A stretch of 64,000 bases of DNA from the NCBI RefSeq assembly GCF_964204645.1, contig NC_134029.1, positions 15,556,950 to 15,620,949 of the forward strand, read 5' to 3'. This document shows positions 25,247-38,679 of the stretch, in pieces (position 1 is the stretch's first letter; every line of letters begins with the position of its first letter). The stretch is from Tubulanus polymorphus. Taxonomy: Eukaryota; Animalia; Nemertea. The position numbers and the translations under genes were made by a program. A model generated the notes under the pieces. That model ran no database searches. It had not been told where the DNA came from and saw nothing but the letters and a program-made list of their open reading frames with translations.

Positions 25247-28200
25247 TTAACACGTTAGAATTCTTTTCATTATCTCGTTCTCTTTGGTTTCTTCTCTTTT
25301 AAATTTTAGATATTCATCTAAATTGCAACCATAAGCAACTGTATGAATTCCATCATCTAAAATATATCTTTTATCATCAAATGGGTTTAGACTTATCTTT
25401 TCAATTTCTTCAATAAAAATTTCATGATCTTCAGATCTTAAACATCTCATCTTATGTTTTCTAACTTCTTCATTGAATATACAATTGATGTAATCTTTGA
25501 AATGAATATTCTTTTCTACTACACTTTTGGTTATTCCTTTTAACTTTTTAGGTTCATGTTCTTTAGTTTTATATGAATACATTTTAGATCTAATTCCTAT
25601 GAATTCTATCATTTCTTCACCACCTAATTCATCCTTAAACTTCCCTGGAACTTTTTTATTATCACTGCTAAACAATTCATGATCTTTAGGATAGTTGCTG
25701 AAATCAAAATGATGTTTTAATGTTTTTAAATAATCAGTTATGTTATTAGTTGTTATCTTTAATATGTAAGAATCTGTATCAAAATATAATATTTCTATAT
25801 GTTTTTCTCCAAAAAGTGGTTGTAATACATTATAATAGAATTCATACATTAGTAATTTTGATATTTCTAAAACTGAAGCACCAACATAGATTGGTTTATT
25901 AAATTTCATAGAAGATCTTCTCATTTTAACTGCAGCTAAATTTTCATCAGATATTCTGTTACCTAAAAACTTAGGATATGATTGTAAATGCCTTATCCTT
26001 TTGCCATTACTTACTAACTCAATATCATTTCTATTTCTAATATTTTCACAAGTCTTACCATAGAATGCATTGTTCATTAACTTGAAGAAATCTTTCTCAA
26101 AATCAGTTTTAGCTTCAGTTCTCCGTTTGGTGTTAAAATCTATATATTTTTCTAACCATTTAGATTGGCTAAATGAAATATATCTATGTACTTTTTTTAG
26201 GACCATTCCTTGTTTTAGATAAAACTTTAACATTCTATAATGTACTACATAATTATATTTATCTTCTTGAGTTACCATTAACTTTTCTGTATGAATATGA
26301 TTTTCGGGTTTAATTCCTTTTTGATAATTTGATAATTCTTCATGAGTAACAGTTTTATGTTCGGGGCAGTATGCTAGATTTCTAGATTTAAATTTAATAT
26401 GTTCAGGATATTCTAAATCTACAACAAAAAAGTAACCAGTATCTGAATCATCTGCATTCTTCATGAGTAACAGTTTTATGTTCGGGGCAGTATGCTAGAT
26501 TTCTAGATTTAAATTTAATATGTTCAGGATATTCTAAATCTACAACAAAAAAGTAACCAGTATCTGAATCATCTGCAATATCTAGGATTCTTTTCTTCCA
26601 ATCAAATTTATCATTATTTTCATGTTGTAAAACTTCACTTATTTCAAATACTCCATAGGGTTGTGGTTCCATCAATGCCCAACCGTATAAATCATTTGCA
26701 TCTATATATAATAACTTATATCCAGGGTTATCATTTACATTGAAATATCTATCACCTAATACACCTGAAACTCCTCCTCTTATAGATTTTTCAAATAATA
26801 GTAATTGATCTATATTTGTTAACAAATCCATTTTTATATCTGTAAATTTTAATCCACAATCCCATGTTAAACCTGGGCTAGAATAACAATGACACGGATC
26901 AATGTTAAAATATTTTAGGTTTACATCTCTAAACCTTTCAAATATATCAGTTAATAAAAATACATCTGATTTTAGATATAAATCTACTAATTGCCCATGA
27001 TTTTTCATTCCAAAATGATTCCAAATATTCAATGTTCTATTATATCCTTCATCTTTAACATATTCATTTTTTAATTCATCATAGAATTGTTCTTTTAATA
27101 ATTCAGTTATATTGAAATCATTATGTGATTTATAAAATGAATATGGAATTGCGCCTTTATATCTCATTAATTGAAAATCATCATTATTTGGGTAGTGTTG
27201 CTTTAATATTTTTAATTCATCATCAACTAATGATTTTGATAAGTTATCTAATGAACTATCAAAAAATCTATATGAATCTATAAATCTTAAACACCCAAAT
27301 TGGAATGATATATAATTCTCAGATGTTCTAGCTAACATTTTAAATCTATAAGTTGGTATTTTATCTTTTGATCTATTTGAATTTAATCTTTCTATTTCAT
27401 TATTAATTTCTTCTATTTTATGGCATAACTGTTTGATGAATAAATGTGCGTCATAGCCTGATAGATTATGAAATATAACTGGTATAAAATTGATTTTCTT
27501 AGCTTGTAAGTTACAATTCTCATGTGCAGCGCCTCTAAACTTTCCATTCAAATGATCATGGTCTCTTACTTTTTTATCTTTATAATTAAATATCTTTTCA
27601 CAATAATAACATTTATCTGCAAACTCAAATGCTTCTTTATCTTCTTCTGTCATCATAATTTCTATATTTTCATTTAACTTTTCATTAAATTTTATTTCAT
27701 ATTCAATTAATAAGTCACAAAAATGATTGATAACATTTTCATTACTATAATGATAATATTCACTTCTAATTAGTTCTGGATAATCAGATTTAATATATAA
27801 CCCAAAAGCTGCGGCTGATTGATGAATCTTTTTAATTGTATTTGTTATTGGCGGTTCTTCTGAAAAATCATTTTCATTAGAATTTAATTTCTTTCTTTTA
27901 TAATATATTTCTTTTCTATCTTGATCAGTTAATTTAACTTTAGTTCTTTTAGTTTAGTTCTTTATTTAATGATTCAAAATCTCCATATACGACAAATGGA
28001 ACTTTATTTTTGTAATCATATTTTTTTTATTCTAATATTTTATCTTTTTCATTTGGTAAAACTAATTTACAATAATCATGATTATCACATAATTGTTTAT
28101 GATTTAATAATGCACTTTCAGTTCTGAATTTATGTAAACATTTTCTACATAGATATATTTTATTATCAAAATCATTTTCTGATTTAAAAAATAAATCAAT

Positions 28201-29430
28201 TCTTTTAATCCACATATAATGATTCTCATAATATAATATATCTATAACATCATTTGACTCATAATCTTTTGATAGGTATAAAAGTTCTAATGTATAATGT
28301 TTTATATTGTTACCTTTTGTATTTGGAAATTTGATTAAATCAAATACATTTATTCTTAAATTATTATCTCTTTCTATTTTTGGGATATTTTTGATTCCAA
28401 CAGGGTAATTATCTATCTTATAATTTTTTTCAAATGGTTTATAATGTGTTAATCTATAAGTATGTTTATTATAATCTTCAACTGGGTGTAAACAACTAAT
28501 TATTGCCCATAGAAAACATTTATCATCAGAATTTTGTACATTTATAACAGCATTAGTTTTAAATGGTAATTTGATATAACTCGATGCTTCAATATCTGGT
28601 CCTTTATAATATGATAAATTATTTTCATCAATTGGTTTTGATTTAGTTAACTTATTATATTTTGTGTTATAAACATGTAAAGTCATAAATATTATTTCAT
28701 CAAATATTAAACCTGATCCTTCAAAATATTTCTCTTCTATTTTAGTTTTTTCTTCATTATAACATTTATCTAATTTATCATCTATATGTTGTTTAGATAT
28801 AATATGTTGTGAATGAGAATTTATATTATATATTGGTTTATCTTCACATTTTATAAACTTTACTTTAGAAGATATACTAATTTTAGGGTATTCAACATCT
28901 GTAATTATTTTTATGATATTTTTCATATTTTCTAAATGTTTTTTATTTTCTTCTAATGATTTTCCTTTATGAAATTTAAACTCAATAGCAGCTGGGCCAA
29001 TATCACTTTTGAATGCTTCAGTTATTTCTATATCTTTTTTATTATCTAATGAATTAATATAATTTCTTACATCTTCCATGTATGGTCTTTTATTGTTTAA
29101 TTTATTTCTTTTAATTGTCTTATGTTTCTTATCATTATCAAAATAATCTTCACCTAAAATATCATTATTCATATTTCTAATATGACTTTTAGATTTTAAA
29201 TGTTCTTTATAATATCTTTTATCACTGAATGATTGATTACATGTATCACATTTGTATGTTTCTTTTTCATTCTTTAATTCATATAATTTAGTTTCTAATA
29301 TATCATCTTCATATTCTAATTTCAATTTATTCTCTAAACGTGTTTTAGTTTTATTGTGTCTTGTTTTTGAGATTTATCTATATTTATTCTACATGTTGAA
29401 CAGTAATACTTATTTGCTTCGATTTTAATA
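25247..29430 (-). pseudogene. Protein-primed family B DNA polymerase (pPolB), intein-free, frameshifted
   Basis: N-terminal zinc fingers; EndoVII-like VRDHDHLNGKFRGAAHENCN; exonuclease FHNLSGYD and YLKSDV; motif A YIDANDLYG; motif B KLMNNAFYGK; motif C YFDTDS. Confidence 0.96.
26336..26577. repeat. 121-bp tandem duplication that frameshifts pPolB
   Basis: ttcttcatgagtaac...tctgca at 26336 and 26457. Confidence 0.92.
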
Positions 29431-29687
29431 CTAAATTTTTTTTAAAATTGATTTTAGAAGTTCAATGATTTAAATATTTAAATTATTTCAATCACACTTT
29501 ACTAACACTTTTAATGTTTAAAAATCTAACTCATACAAATATAAATATTGAAATAATGTTTAAAATATATCTATATATCTATTCTATAAGAGCTCGTACT
29601 CTCGTACTCTGGCTTGAAAGCCTACTTTTCTAATAACTTATATATGTTATTCATTTATATTTTATTCATGTATATGAATATTTTAAG

Positions 29688-30098
29688 AGTAATAGGGGTT
29701 TACTTGTTCTAGGTTAAAGGTTGAATGGTCGAGTTCATTAAAAAACAAATATTAAAAGTAATTTAAAACTATAATATATTTTCATAGTCGTGTGTATTTT
29801 AGTTAAATAATAGAATTATTAATTATTATTTGAATATATTTGATTATATGTATTTGTGTATTGTAAATAAATCAATTGGTCGCGGAGCGGAGCTTTAGCA
29901 AAGCGGAGCGACCAATTGATATAATACAATATGCTTTTTAAATTTAAATTATTAATATCTTAGAATAAATATTTAGTTATAATATGAAATACACACGGCT
30001 GTGAAAATATATTATAGTTTTAAATTACTTTTAATATTTGTTTTTTAATGAGCTCGACCGTTCGACCTTTGGCCTAGAACAACTAAACCCCTATTACT
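29688..30098 (+). repeat. 411-bp terminal palindrome of Polinton B
   Basis: agtaataggggttt...aaacccctattact arms with a central atcaattggtcgc/gcgaccaattgat stem. Confidence 0.88.
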
Positions 30099-31554
30099 TA
30101 CCGCTATGTTAGCTTCCGTGGCCATACAATGGAACAGGTTGTCAAGACTTTTAATATTTAGCTACTCCCCGATTGGTGATATCATATAAATTCTATTCAA
30201 ATATTTTTCATTTTGTGAAAAATATTTTTTTGCAAATATGAATTAGTTTTCCTGCCTACCTACATCGTTTTAGACGTGAACTGTAAACAAATTTGAAATT
30301 TGGCCTCGATTTGACTTAAAAAATAATTCTTTGAAGAAGATCAAATACAACAATGGAACTTTGAGGTCACGAATTAAACCTATTTTTCATAAGCAATGCC
30401 CTTGCCAAACAAGCTCGAGTTTTCCATACGTTGCCCATGGGCAATTTATCTACATATTATCCTAAAGTATTAGAAAATGTCGATAGCAAGACCGTGGAAA
30501 ATTTTCTATCGTTGGATGGGCACATCACGGCGGCAGAGTGCACCTATAATAAGGCGGAAGTAGTTCCATATGAGGGCTTAGCTTTTAAATGATTAGACAG
30601 TCGGATGTGGTTTATCAACTTTTATTAACTACTGAAGTGCTGATACTTTTCTAATTGAGTTGCTAGATTTCTGCCATCTTGAATTTCTTGTTTGCACGAT
30701 GCAGCCCGCAATTCTCGAAACATTTTCACAATATTTGCTTTGAGGATCAGGGTAGGTAGTTGTCCATACCTATTTAGTTTGGTGGTTATCGGCTTTCAGA
30801 TAAGACGGCCATCCATCTTCGATTTCTTTTTAGCATGATACAGCCTGCATGTTTGATGCCTACGTCCAAATTGTAAATAGACTCCATTGGCCATTAAAGA
30901 TGGCCACCGGGCAGCCATCTTCAATCTTCTAACTCGAATCGAACTGCAATTCTTGACCTTTTTTCATGAAACTTAGTGGGAGAATTTGGGTGGGTGTATG
31001 TCTAGCCCTCATTGAAAATTGAGTTCATTGAATTCATAATACATTAACAGAAAATGAACATTATTGCCACATAGCCGATACCATCTTAACTATTTTAAAA
31101 TTGTTACATCGTTACAATTTTCTATCTGTAAAACTTTGAATACTGAAACATTTTACTTCTACTAGTATATGGCCCGTTCGCCTCTTCTTTATACTTTAGC
31201 AACTGCACAAGATTCTCCGCATACGTGATTGGCTTACCCTCTCAAATCAGCACGTGTTGGTGCGAATCCGCTGTTGGATATCCCGTTTTTCGTTCGGGCT
31301 TTAGTTGGAGTTTGAACCCAAGGAAAATTATAATACAGTGTAATGAGAAGTGAATTATCGCGAAAACAACCGATCCCTGATCCAATTTTAATTCACAACC
31401 GGTATTGAAAACCCAGAACTTAACAAGCCTACGTAGATGGTCAACACCCTTTATCATACTTGAATTGGTGGTTTCGCGGTATCTTGGTGGACCGATATTA
31501 CATAACTAGGCCGCCGGGACAAAATCGCTTGCTTGAATATACCTTATGTATGCT

Positions 31555-31835
31555 AAGTAACGAGACGAGTAGTACCGTATAGGTTAACGATTTATTTGAC
31601 GCACGAGCTTTCGCTTCTAATGAATAGAAGCTTCATCAGGTGAATGAGTATAGTCAATGGAAAAACAACAGTATTTATAGGTAGACTGACACTAATTACA
31701 GAGAACTGAGTGAGAAGAGTAATTACAAATAAATGATGAGTGACATGATAATTAATAGTTAAAATAAAAAGTTAACCTATACAGTACTACTCGTCTCGTT
31801 ACTTATCTTAAACACGGCTACTCTACGAATATTCT
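31555..31835. mobile_element. Penelope-like retroelement remnant with inverted ends and 13-bp TSD
   Basis: TSD ccttatgtatgct at 31542 and 31836; inverted repeat aagtaacgagacgagtagtac.gtataggttaac; hammerhead core inside. Confidence 0.65.
31600..31645 (-). ncRNA. Minimal type I hammerhead ribozyme-like motif
   Basis: Minus strand reads cac-CUGAUGA-a-gcuucua(uucau)uagaagc-GAAA-gcUC-gug. Confidence 0.55.
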
Positions 31836-31891
31836 CCTTATGTATGCTGTAGATTATTGAAAGTAAATCAGAGAAAAATCTTAATTTTCAG

Positions 31892-32020
31892 ATATCGATG
31901 AGTGTACCAATTCAGTTGCAGAAAATTGTAAATTTGGTATCTGCCGTAATAATATTGGAAGTTACAGTTGCCTGTGTAACCAAGGTTTCAAGTTGAACGT
32001 GGGAGGAAATGAATGCATCG
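31892..32020 (+). CDS. Fibrillin-like host gene, cbEGF exon
   Basis: ttttcag|...|gtctgt, 129 nt; DIDECTNSVAENCKFGICRNNIGSYSCLCNQGFKLNVGGNECI. Confidence 0.93.
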
Positions 32021-34137
32021 GTCTGTATATTTTCTCAGAATATTTGAAGAAGCATGTAATGTAAAAAAAAACAAAAAATTATAGCCGCAAAGCAGCGATA
32101 ACACTTTTCTGGCTTGCTTTTTCATATGGCGTACTTCGAAGCGCACAATGATCGCAAGGTAATTTTGGTTGAGCGAAACCTAGAGGTCGACACTTATCGT
32201 TGATGTGGATCCATACGGGTTACTATATACAAAGTATACCGATGCCCCGAGTTTAGTCAAAATAGCTTTCATGGAAACAAATAGCTTTCACAATTCCCTG
32301 GTGTAAGTTGAAATAATCATGCCATCACATAGTTTGCGTTCAAGACAGATTGTCATATATTCGTGGAATGAGTAACAATGCAAACATTGTCCGGATCACA
32401 GCATGATTCAGCTGGCCGCCAATGTCCAATGTCTTAATTGTTTATCGTAAGGTTTTGTAGAATAGCAAGAAAAGCATAGAATAGCTAAGACGTTTGCTAT
32501 TCTATGCTATCATTAGGTTTTGTAGAATATCATAAAGTTTTGCAGGTAAGCAAGAATAGCAATAAATACTGCGATTTAGTGTCCTTCTCGCTATTCAGAA
32601 ATATCGCACCTTGATGGGATACTGTAAATCAGAAAGTTTTCAAAAACTTTTCATGCTCGAATTTATTAAACTAATTTACACATATTTTCAATCGTGGATA
32701 GGTACACATTTGGATCATTATGAGAATGTTGATTAACATAAAATAAACCTACTTATAAAGCATTTCTTATGTCAGCATTTTTCCATACTGTCCTTCTAAA
32801 AAAGCATGGTTTACATCCGGCACACATGGACACTGGCTGAAATGTGTTTATAGAAATGACGGTCACGGACGGACTCTCGTCGAAACTTGCGGGCGGCAAC
32901 GGTCGTAAGTTTCAATACGGGAATGAAGGATTCCAAGATGATTTTCACTTCATCTTCAAAATCTTTACGAAGAAAATTAACAAAATAATGTCAATAATTA
33001 TGTCTTATTTTTAGTTAGGATTTCCCCTCAGTAACCGATTGTAAAACTGGATTCGAATCCCAAAAAAAGCACAGTCAATAGACTGTGTCCGAGGATCAAA
33101 TGTCAAGGTCAAGGTCATTCATGTTAACCATTGATAGCAGGACTATGTATGGAATAGGCCTGCAATGGCCCTTAATTCCGGAGAGAAAAAAAAACATGAA
33201 AGTTCCAGATATACTATGGCTGACAAACTCGTCAGCTCCCCCTATAAAATATACAGTAGACAGTATACAGTATACTATTGTGGTAATTTGAGGCGCTTTA
33301 AACTAAAAGAAACAAAATTTGCCAAATTTGAAAATTTCAGACTTATTGTTAGTGTTGAGGAGTTGTATATGTTTAAAGACTGATTGATGACGTATGTAGA
33401 TAGGTTTGATATACTGCTTTCTAATATCGCCGAAACGGTTATATCCAGGTATTTGTCTCTAATGAATAAACATTTGGAGTCCCTGTAGAAGATATCCTTA
33501 AGTAGGCCTTCCTAACTTGGGTTTTTTTTTTCTTAAGGTAACGATGGAGGAGTATTGGTCGATTTTCAGTTCAGTCAACTCTGCTTACATGCATTTAATC
33601 ATAATTTAACACTAAATCTAAAGATCGTAGACAATTTCACCAAATAAAAAGGTTTTTTTGATGCAGTACCGGTAATTGTATATTTCTTTAAGTAATGTGA
33701 CTTCTTTGAAGTAGAACTTCTTTTCATACCACGCTAGACCGAAATGTGTTTATTATTGTTATTGTTTACGTCTAGCGAAAGATATGTTCTGTGCATGCCC
33801 CGGTCCCTTGTGAAAAATAAATTCGGCTTCAGAGGCCGCGGGGACATAGATGCGTGATATCAATTTGCCTTGTTATCAGTTGCCCTTATTGATCAAGCAT
33901 CTAGTGTGGCGCGACCTTATTTTATGCGGAATGATGAAACGGATCATTCCATCGATGTACGGGCATTCCAACGAGCTGGGCAGATACACCCGTTATGGCT
34001 TCTTTGTAGCTACATTTTTATTTGTAATTTCATATTTCGGCGATTTTTTCTTGTCTTAATGTTTGGAAGCGTAATACTTATTTATATACCTATACTTATA
34101 TATACCTATATCTTAAAGTGAATGGAATTTTCTTCAG

Positions 34138-34260
34138 ATATTGACGAGTGTTCAACCCAACCAAGCATTTGTCGAAATGGCACGTGCACAAATACAAATG
34201 GATCGTATCGGTGCACTTGCAATCAAGGTTTCACGATTACATCAACTGGTGACTGTTTCG
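34138..34260 (+). CDS. Fibrillin-like host gene, cbEGF exon
   Basis: cttcag|...|gtaagt, 123 nt; DIDECSTQPSICRNGTCTNTNGSYRCTCNQGFTITSTGDCF. Confidence 0.95.
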
Positions 34261-35449
34261 GTAAGTGTTCTTTGTCAATTAAGTGTAAACTATCTATGGA
34301 CTTTAATTGATTTGATTTTAAATTCGAACTAATATCAAGGATTAACTAGAATAGGAAATTATTAAAGTGAAACCCTATTTTATTAGATCGAGAGTTGGTA
34401 AGAGTTGATCATTTGAATTTAATACTAGGCAGAAACAGCTAACGGTCCTTGACCCAGTATGATACGTACTCGGCACGTACTTGTTCAAAATGTAAGATGT
34501 TACAAACTAAACCGATTGGTGCGTTGATGATTGATGGGCCGTCATAAGGTTAGAAAATTTTCAAAATGTGTCCGGGTAACGTAAATAAGAACCGTATGCG
34601 ATGACAACCACGAAATCCTATTACTGAATACGTCTACACAGTAAACATACACATAAAAGGTGATATTTGCCGACGCAGGATAGCTAAGTAGTAATATGTT
34701 GTTTGGGTTAGCAGATTATAGGTCGACGGGTCGAAAACTTAAAATAAGAAAATTAACAAAATTAATTTTTGATGTTTTGAATTTCGGCAATAAAGAATAC
34801 GACTGAAGTCGAGGCCACAATTCGGTGGGCCACAATTTATATTTTGTCTCGATTAAATACATTCAAATTGGAAATTACACACGGGATAAGTAATTCATCA
34901 ATTTGTGAAATCAAAGCGACAGAAATGGAATTTTAAGAAAAACAATGGAAACAAACGGGCCCTTCGAAACTTAAATTAGAAAATATAAATATATCGAAAC
35001 TCAAATTATATTAAATCAAATTAATCAAGAATCGACAAAAATTATTTCCAAAAGTTTGTAAAGTTCAACTTAGCGTTAATATTCGCTGTGGTTCCCGCTG
35101 TCAGTGTCTCGCTTGGTTCCTGTCGTTGTCTCGCTGTCCGAAAGTCTAGGTATGCGATGATCCTTGGTCCTGAAAAATTTAATGATGATCTGTGCGTTCG
35201 GAAATTTCTAATTGATGACCAGCACGTTAGGAAATTCTACGGTCGCTGACGCAAAGCGTAACATTAAAAATTTTAACTTCCACGACACGCGCAAATTTTT
35301 ACTTTATTTTTACAAATTTTTAAAAGTCCACGGGTGGTTCGCAAAAATAGAAATTTTCACAAGTTTTTTATCGCCAAGCTTATTATTATTTCTTAACTGT
35401 AACAACTAAACAACTATAACTGTAACAACTATTTAAAAAGTTACAAATT

Positions 35450-35472
35450 ATATGTATGTATGTTTGTATATT

Positions 35473-35510
<38 letters not shown>

Positions 35511-35560
35511 CATGCGTGCGTGCGTGCGTACGTACGGACGGACGGACGGGCGTATGTATG
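35450..35560. repeat. Compound microsatellite (TATG)/(TG)/(TGCG)/(GGAC)
   Basis: Read directly from the sequence. Confidence 0.9.
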
Positions 35561-36069
35561 AAAATTGGAAATAGCTTTAACAGATAGTTAGATATTTCAA
35601 AATTAATAAATATCGCGATTTCTTTTTCGTGCGGTTAAAATATGCGGTTATTGGTTTCACTATTGGTTTCACATCGTCACTGCTCTCTATTGTTGGGTTC
35701 ATAAAATCCAAGAATCACCAGCAAATATCTGAATTTCATTTCCTTAAAAATGGTGTATAAATTCAGTTCATCGAGCAAGGGATTGCAGAACTATATGATA
35801 TTCAATCTAAATTTATGTTTTAAAAATGAGCGCAAATTATCGCAACAATGGGGACCTCGAGGGACCGCCACAAAATGGCGCCTAGAAACTGGAAACTTCT
35901 TTGTTGTTTCCTCATCGCTGGTTTTCGTCAATGTACTGCTTAATAAGTTCACCAAAATACAGTTTTCCTTTATTTGTCATTACCGACTCGATAATCTCCG
36001 GATTCTTCCGGTCCCTGGCAATCTCATTATTATCTTTGCTCATATGTGTTACTATATTTGTTACCTAAC

Positions 36070-36268
36070 GCAGTCTCGGGTGTTTTGTGAATTTCTCAAA
36101 ATGTATCAAAAATATAACTAATTTTTAGTTCATAAGTCCTCAAATATTCATAAATGAACAGCTGAAAATTGTTGAAACTTGTCGACTCTGCCGTAAAATC
36201 AACCTATTAACAGTCCAGAAATTGGGATAATGTCGGGCTTTAGAAAACACAATTCCCCCGAGGTCTTC
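36070..36268. repeat. ~200-bp repeat, inverted relative to 39051-39252; probably DNA-transposon derived
   Basis: ctcaaaatgtatcaaaaat..cctcaaatattcataaatgaacag..gtcgggctttaga matches the reverse complement at 39051-39252. Confidence 0.75.
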
Positions 36269-37170
36269 GCATTTTTTACCCTTACCCTTTTTTTGTCCTT
36301 TTACAGAAATCTTGACGTATCAAACCATAGATAAATAAAACTGAAAAATTGCTACAATCGTTTTTACGCATGATGATTTTGAAAGGCAGTTGTTGACGTG
36401 TGGGGAAAAATTGAAAATTTTCACAGAAATCCTTATAAAACGATTCTAGTTATTTTGGACTTAATTTTGCAATACAAACGAAACATGCCAGCGGCAGCAA
36501 ATCATAAGGGGATTTTTACCGGGGAATCTCGTGTAGACGAGTCGGTAACAAAAACCTTTGGAAACAACAAATTATTCACTCGTATGAATTTACACCACTC
36601 TTGATAGGACTGCCTAATCAAATATTTCATTTATGGAGATGACGAGTTGACTGAGCCCGAGGCGCACAGTCAGTAGTCGTTATATAGAAACTACAAACAT
36701 AATGCATTTTCCTTAAAAGTGTTTCATCTATAGAGATTTAATACAGCTTGTCAAGAGTTCAATTTCTATAATGCGATGACCTATGTATGAACAATTTTTT
36801 CTGTTTCTTTCACGCGTTATACCGGGGGGATAATACCTTCGCCCAAACGTTCTACACACACATGACACCATTTAATGAATCCGAAATATATCCATGCCAA
36901 AAATCTAGAGTTCATGCTGAAGGATGAAGACTAGGAATATCTTAGCAATATGATTTTTAGAAAGTGATTTTTATCTACTGAAGTTTAGAACAGCAGGCCG
37001 GACTCTTTGTTAGGATCGACCACAGTTCTATAGTGAATTGATTACAAGTAGTTAATTTAGCAAAACAAAGTAAATTGTTCATTGCAGTGCATTGCTAAGG
37101 GTTAGCGGTAAAAAAACCCAGGAAAAAATGGCCAAGGAAAAATGGCCACGGAAAAAAGGCCAAGGAAAAT

Positions 37171-37530
37171 AGTAATTGGGAATATCGGGGTTCAGATCAA
37201 AGGTCGAGAGGTCGAGCTCATAAAAAATGAAAATAAATTCTCGCACGCTCGAATTTATTTTCATTTTCTACTCACTCGCCCTCTCAACCTTTAATCTGAC
37301 CCCCCATATTCCCAATTACTCAATTACTCAATTACTCCTAAATTAAAATTTCATGTTTTAAAAGTGAGAGTAAAATGTTAGCATAATAATCTAAAAAATG
37401 AGATCAAATATAATCGAATGATAAAATATAAATTTTTAACATTAAAAATGTGCGTATAGTGTGAGTGAAATAATTCATATTTAAAACAGCGAATATTCAT
37501 ATTTTTATGAGTTAAATTCTTATTTTTAAC
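37171..37530 (+). mobile_element. Isolated Polinton end with a 150-bp terminal hairpin
   Basis: agtaattgggaatat...atattcccaattact (37171-37320), followed by sequence matching the reverse complement of 54370-54460. Confidence 0.8.
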
Positions 37531-37566
37531 GTTTGGCACCCGTGTGAACAATCATGACCCACATAG

Positions 37567-37824
37567 GCCGCGATCACACGGAGACGATTTGGCCCGGGCC
37601 AAATTAGCACCGATCAGGCTCGGGCCAAATTTGGTAATTAGAGAGCGCGTTCACACGCAAACCATTCACTCGATACTAAACAATGCTCAAACAAAGCGAA
37701 GTGGATCATTTACGGTGCTAGTTGCAATTCAAACGCAGTCATTTGTCTGGTGCTCGGGCCTGGTCCGACGTTTTTGGTCGGGCCAAATTTGGCCCGGCCC
37801 AAAAATGCACGTGTGATCGCGGCT
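37567..37824. mobile_element. MITE, with a partial second copy to about 38100
   Basis: TIR gccgcgatcacacg / cgtgtgatcgcggc; internal gggccaaatt repeats. Confidence 0.65.
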
Positions 37825-38679
37825 ATAGAGACGATTTGTCGGAGCTAAATTGGCTCGCATCAGGTCCGACTTAAATTTTACGCATTGCTTACCAAAGAGC
37901 GCGCCGATTTTCATGTTCAAATTCATTTCACATTCAAATTCAAACCCATTCATTCGTTACTAAACAATGCTTAAACCATGGAATCTAAAACAAGTCCATA
38001 CATAAACAAAGCGCAGTGACTGTCTTCCAGAACCAGTTTAAATTAACACGCTTAATTTGACTCAGGTCTGGTCCGTCGTTTTTGGTCGGGCAATTAGGCA
38101 CGGGTACATTTTGCGCCCATTACTGTTTTTTTTTCGCAGGATCTCTCCGCCCCTACACCTTTTAACTTGATTTTTGAATCATCCACGTATTTGAATTTCG
38201 ATTTTTTTCAGCTTGTGTTAATTTTATACTCATGCAAAGCACACTGATTACAATTTGCAGCAGTGCGCTGTATAATGAAATAAGTAATATTGATTATTAA
38301 AATCAATTGTGAATTTGCAGTTGAAAAATAATTGATTTGATTAACAATATGATTTGATGTAGACCTCCCAGTGTCAATCAATCAAAAAAATTAACTTGTC
38401 AAAGACTCAAGATCAAGTAAAGAAAAAGGAAGATGCATTCTAACAACTGATTGCGATGTGAAGACTATATTAGGCTCATTATTAGAACCTGCACTGCAGC
38501 TTTTTAACTTTCTAAAAATCATTCATCGCAGACCCTCAAATACCGTGTACTTAATCACTCAAATTGCCTAAATATGTCTGATGGTGTCGCCGCTATAGTA
38601 TACTACTTATTAAAAACGATGATTACACCAATATAATTGATATATATACCTATCATTCTAAAAGCTCAGGTTTTTAGCG

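Larger units (their letters stand above)
17650..30098 (-). mobile_element. Polinton/adintovirus-like element B; decayed, left end not found
   Basis: Co-directional pPolB, penton, membrane ORFs and MCP; right terminus ...ctattact at 30098. Confidence 0.92.
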
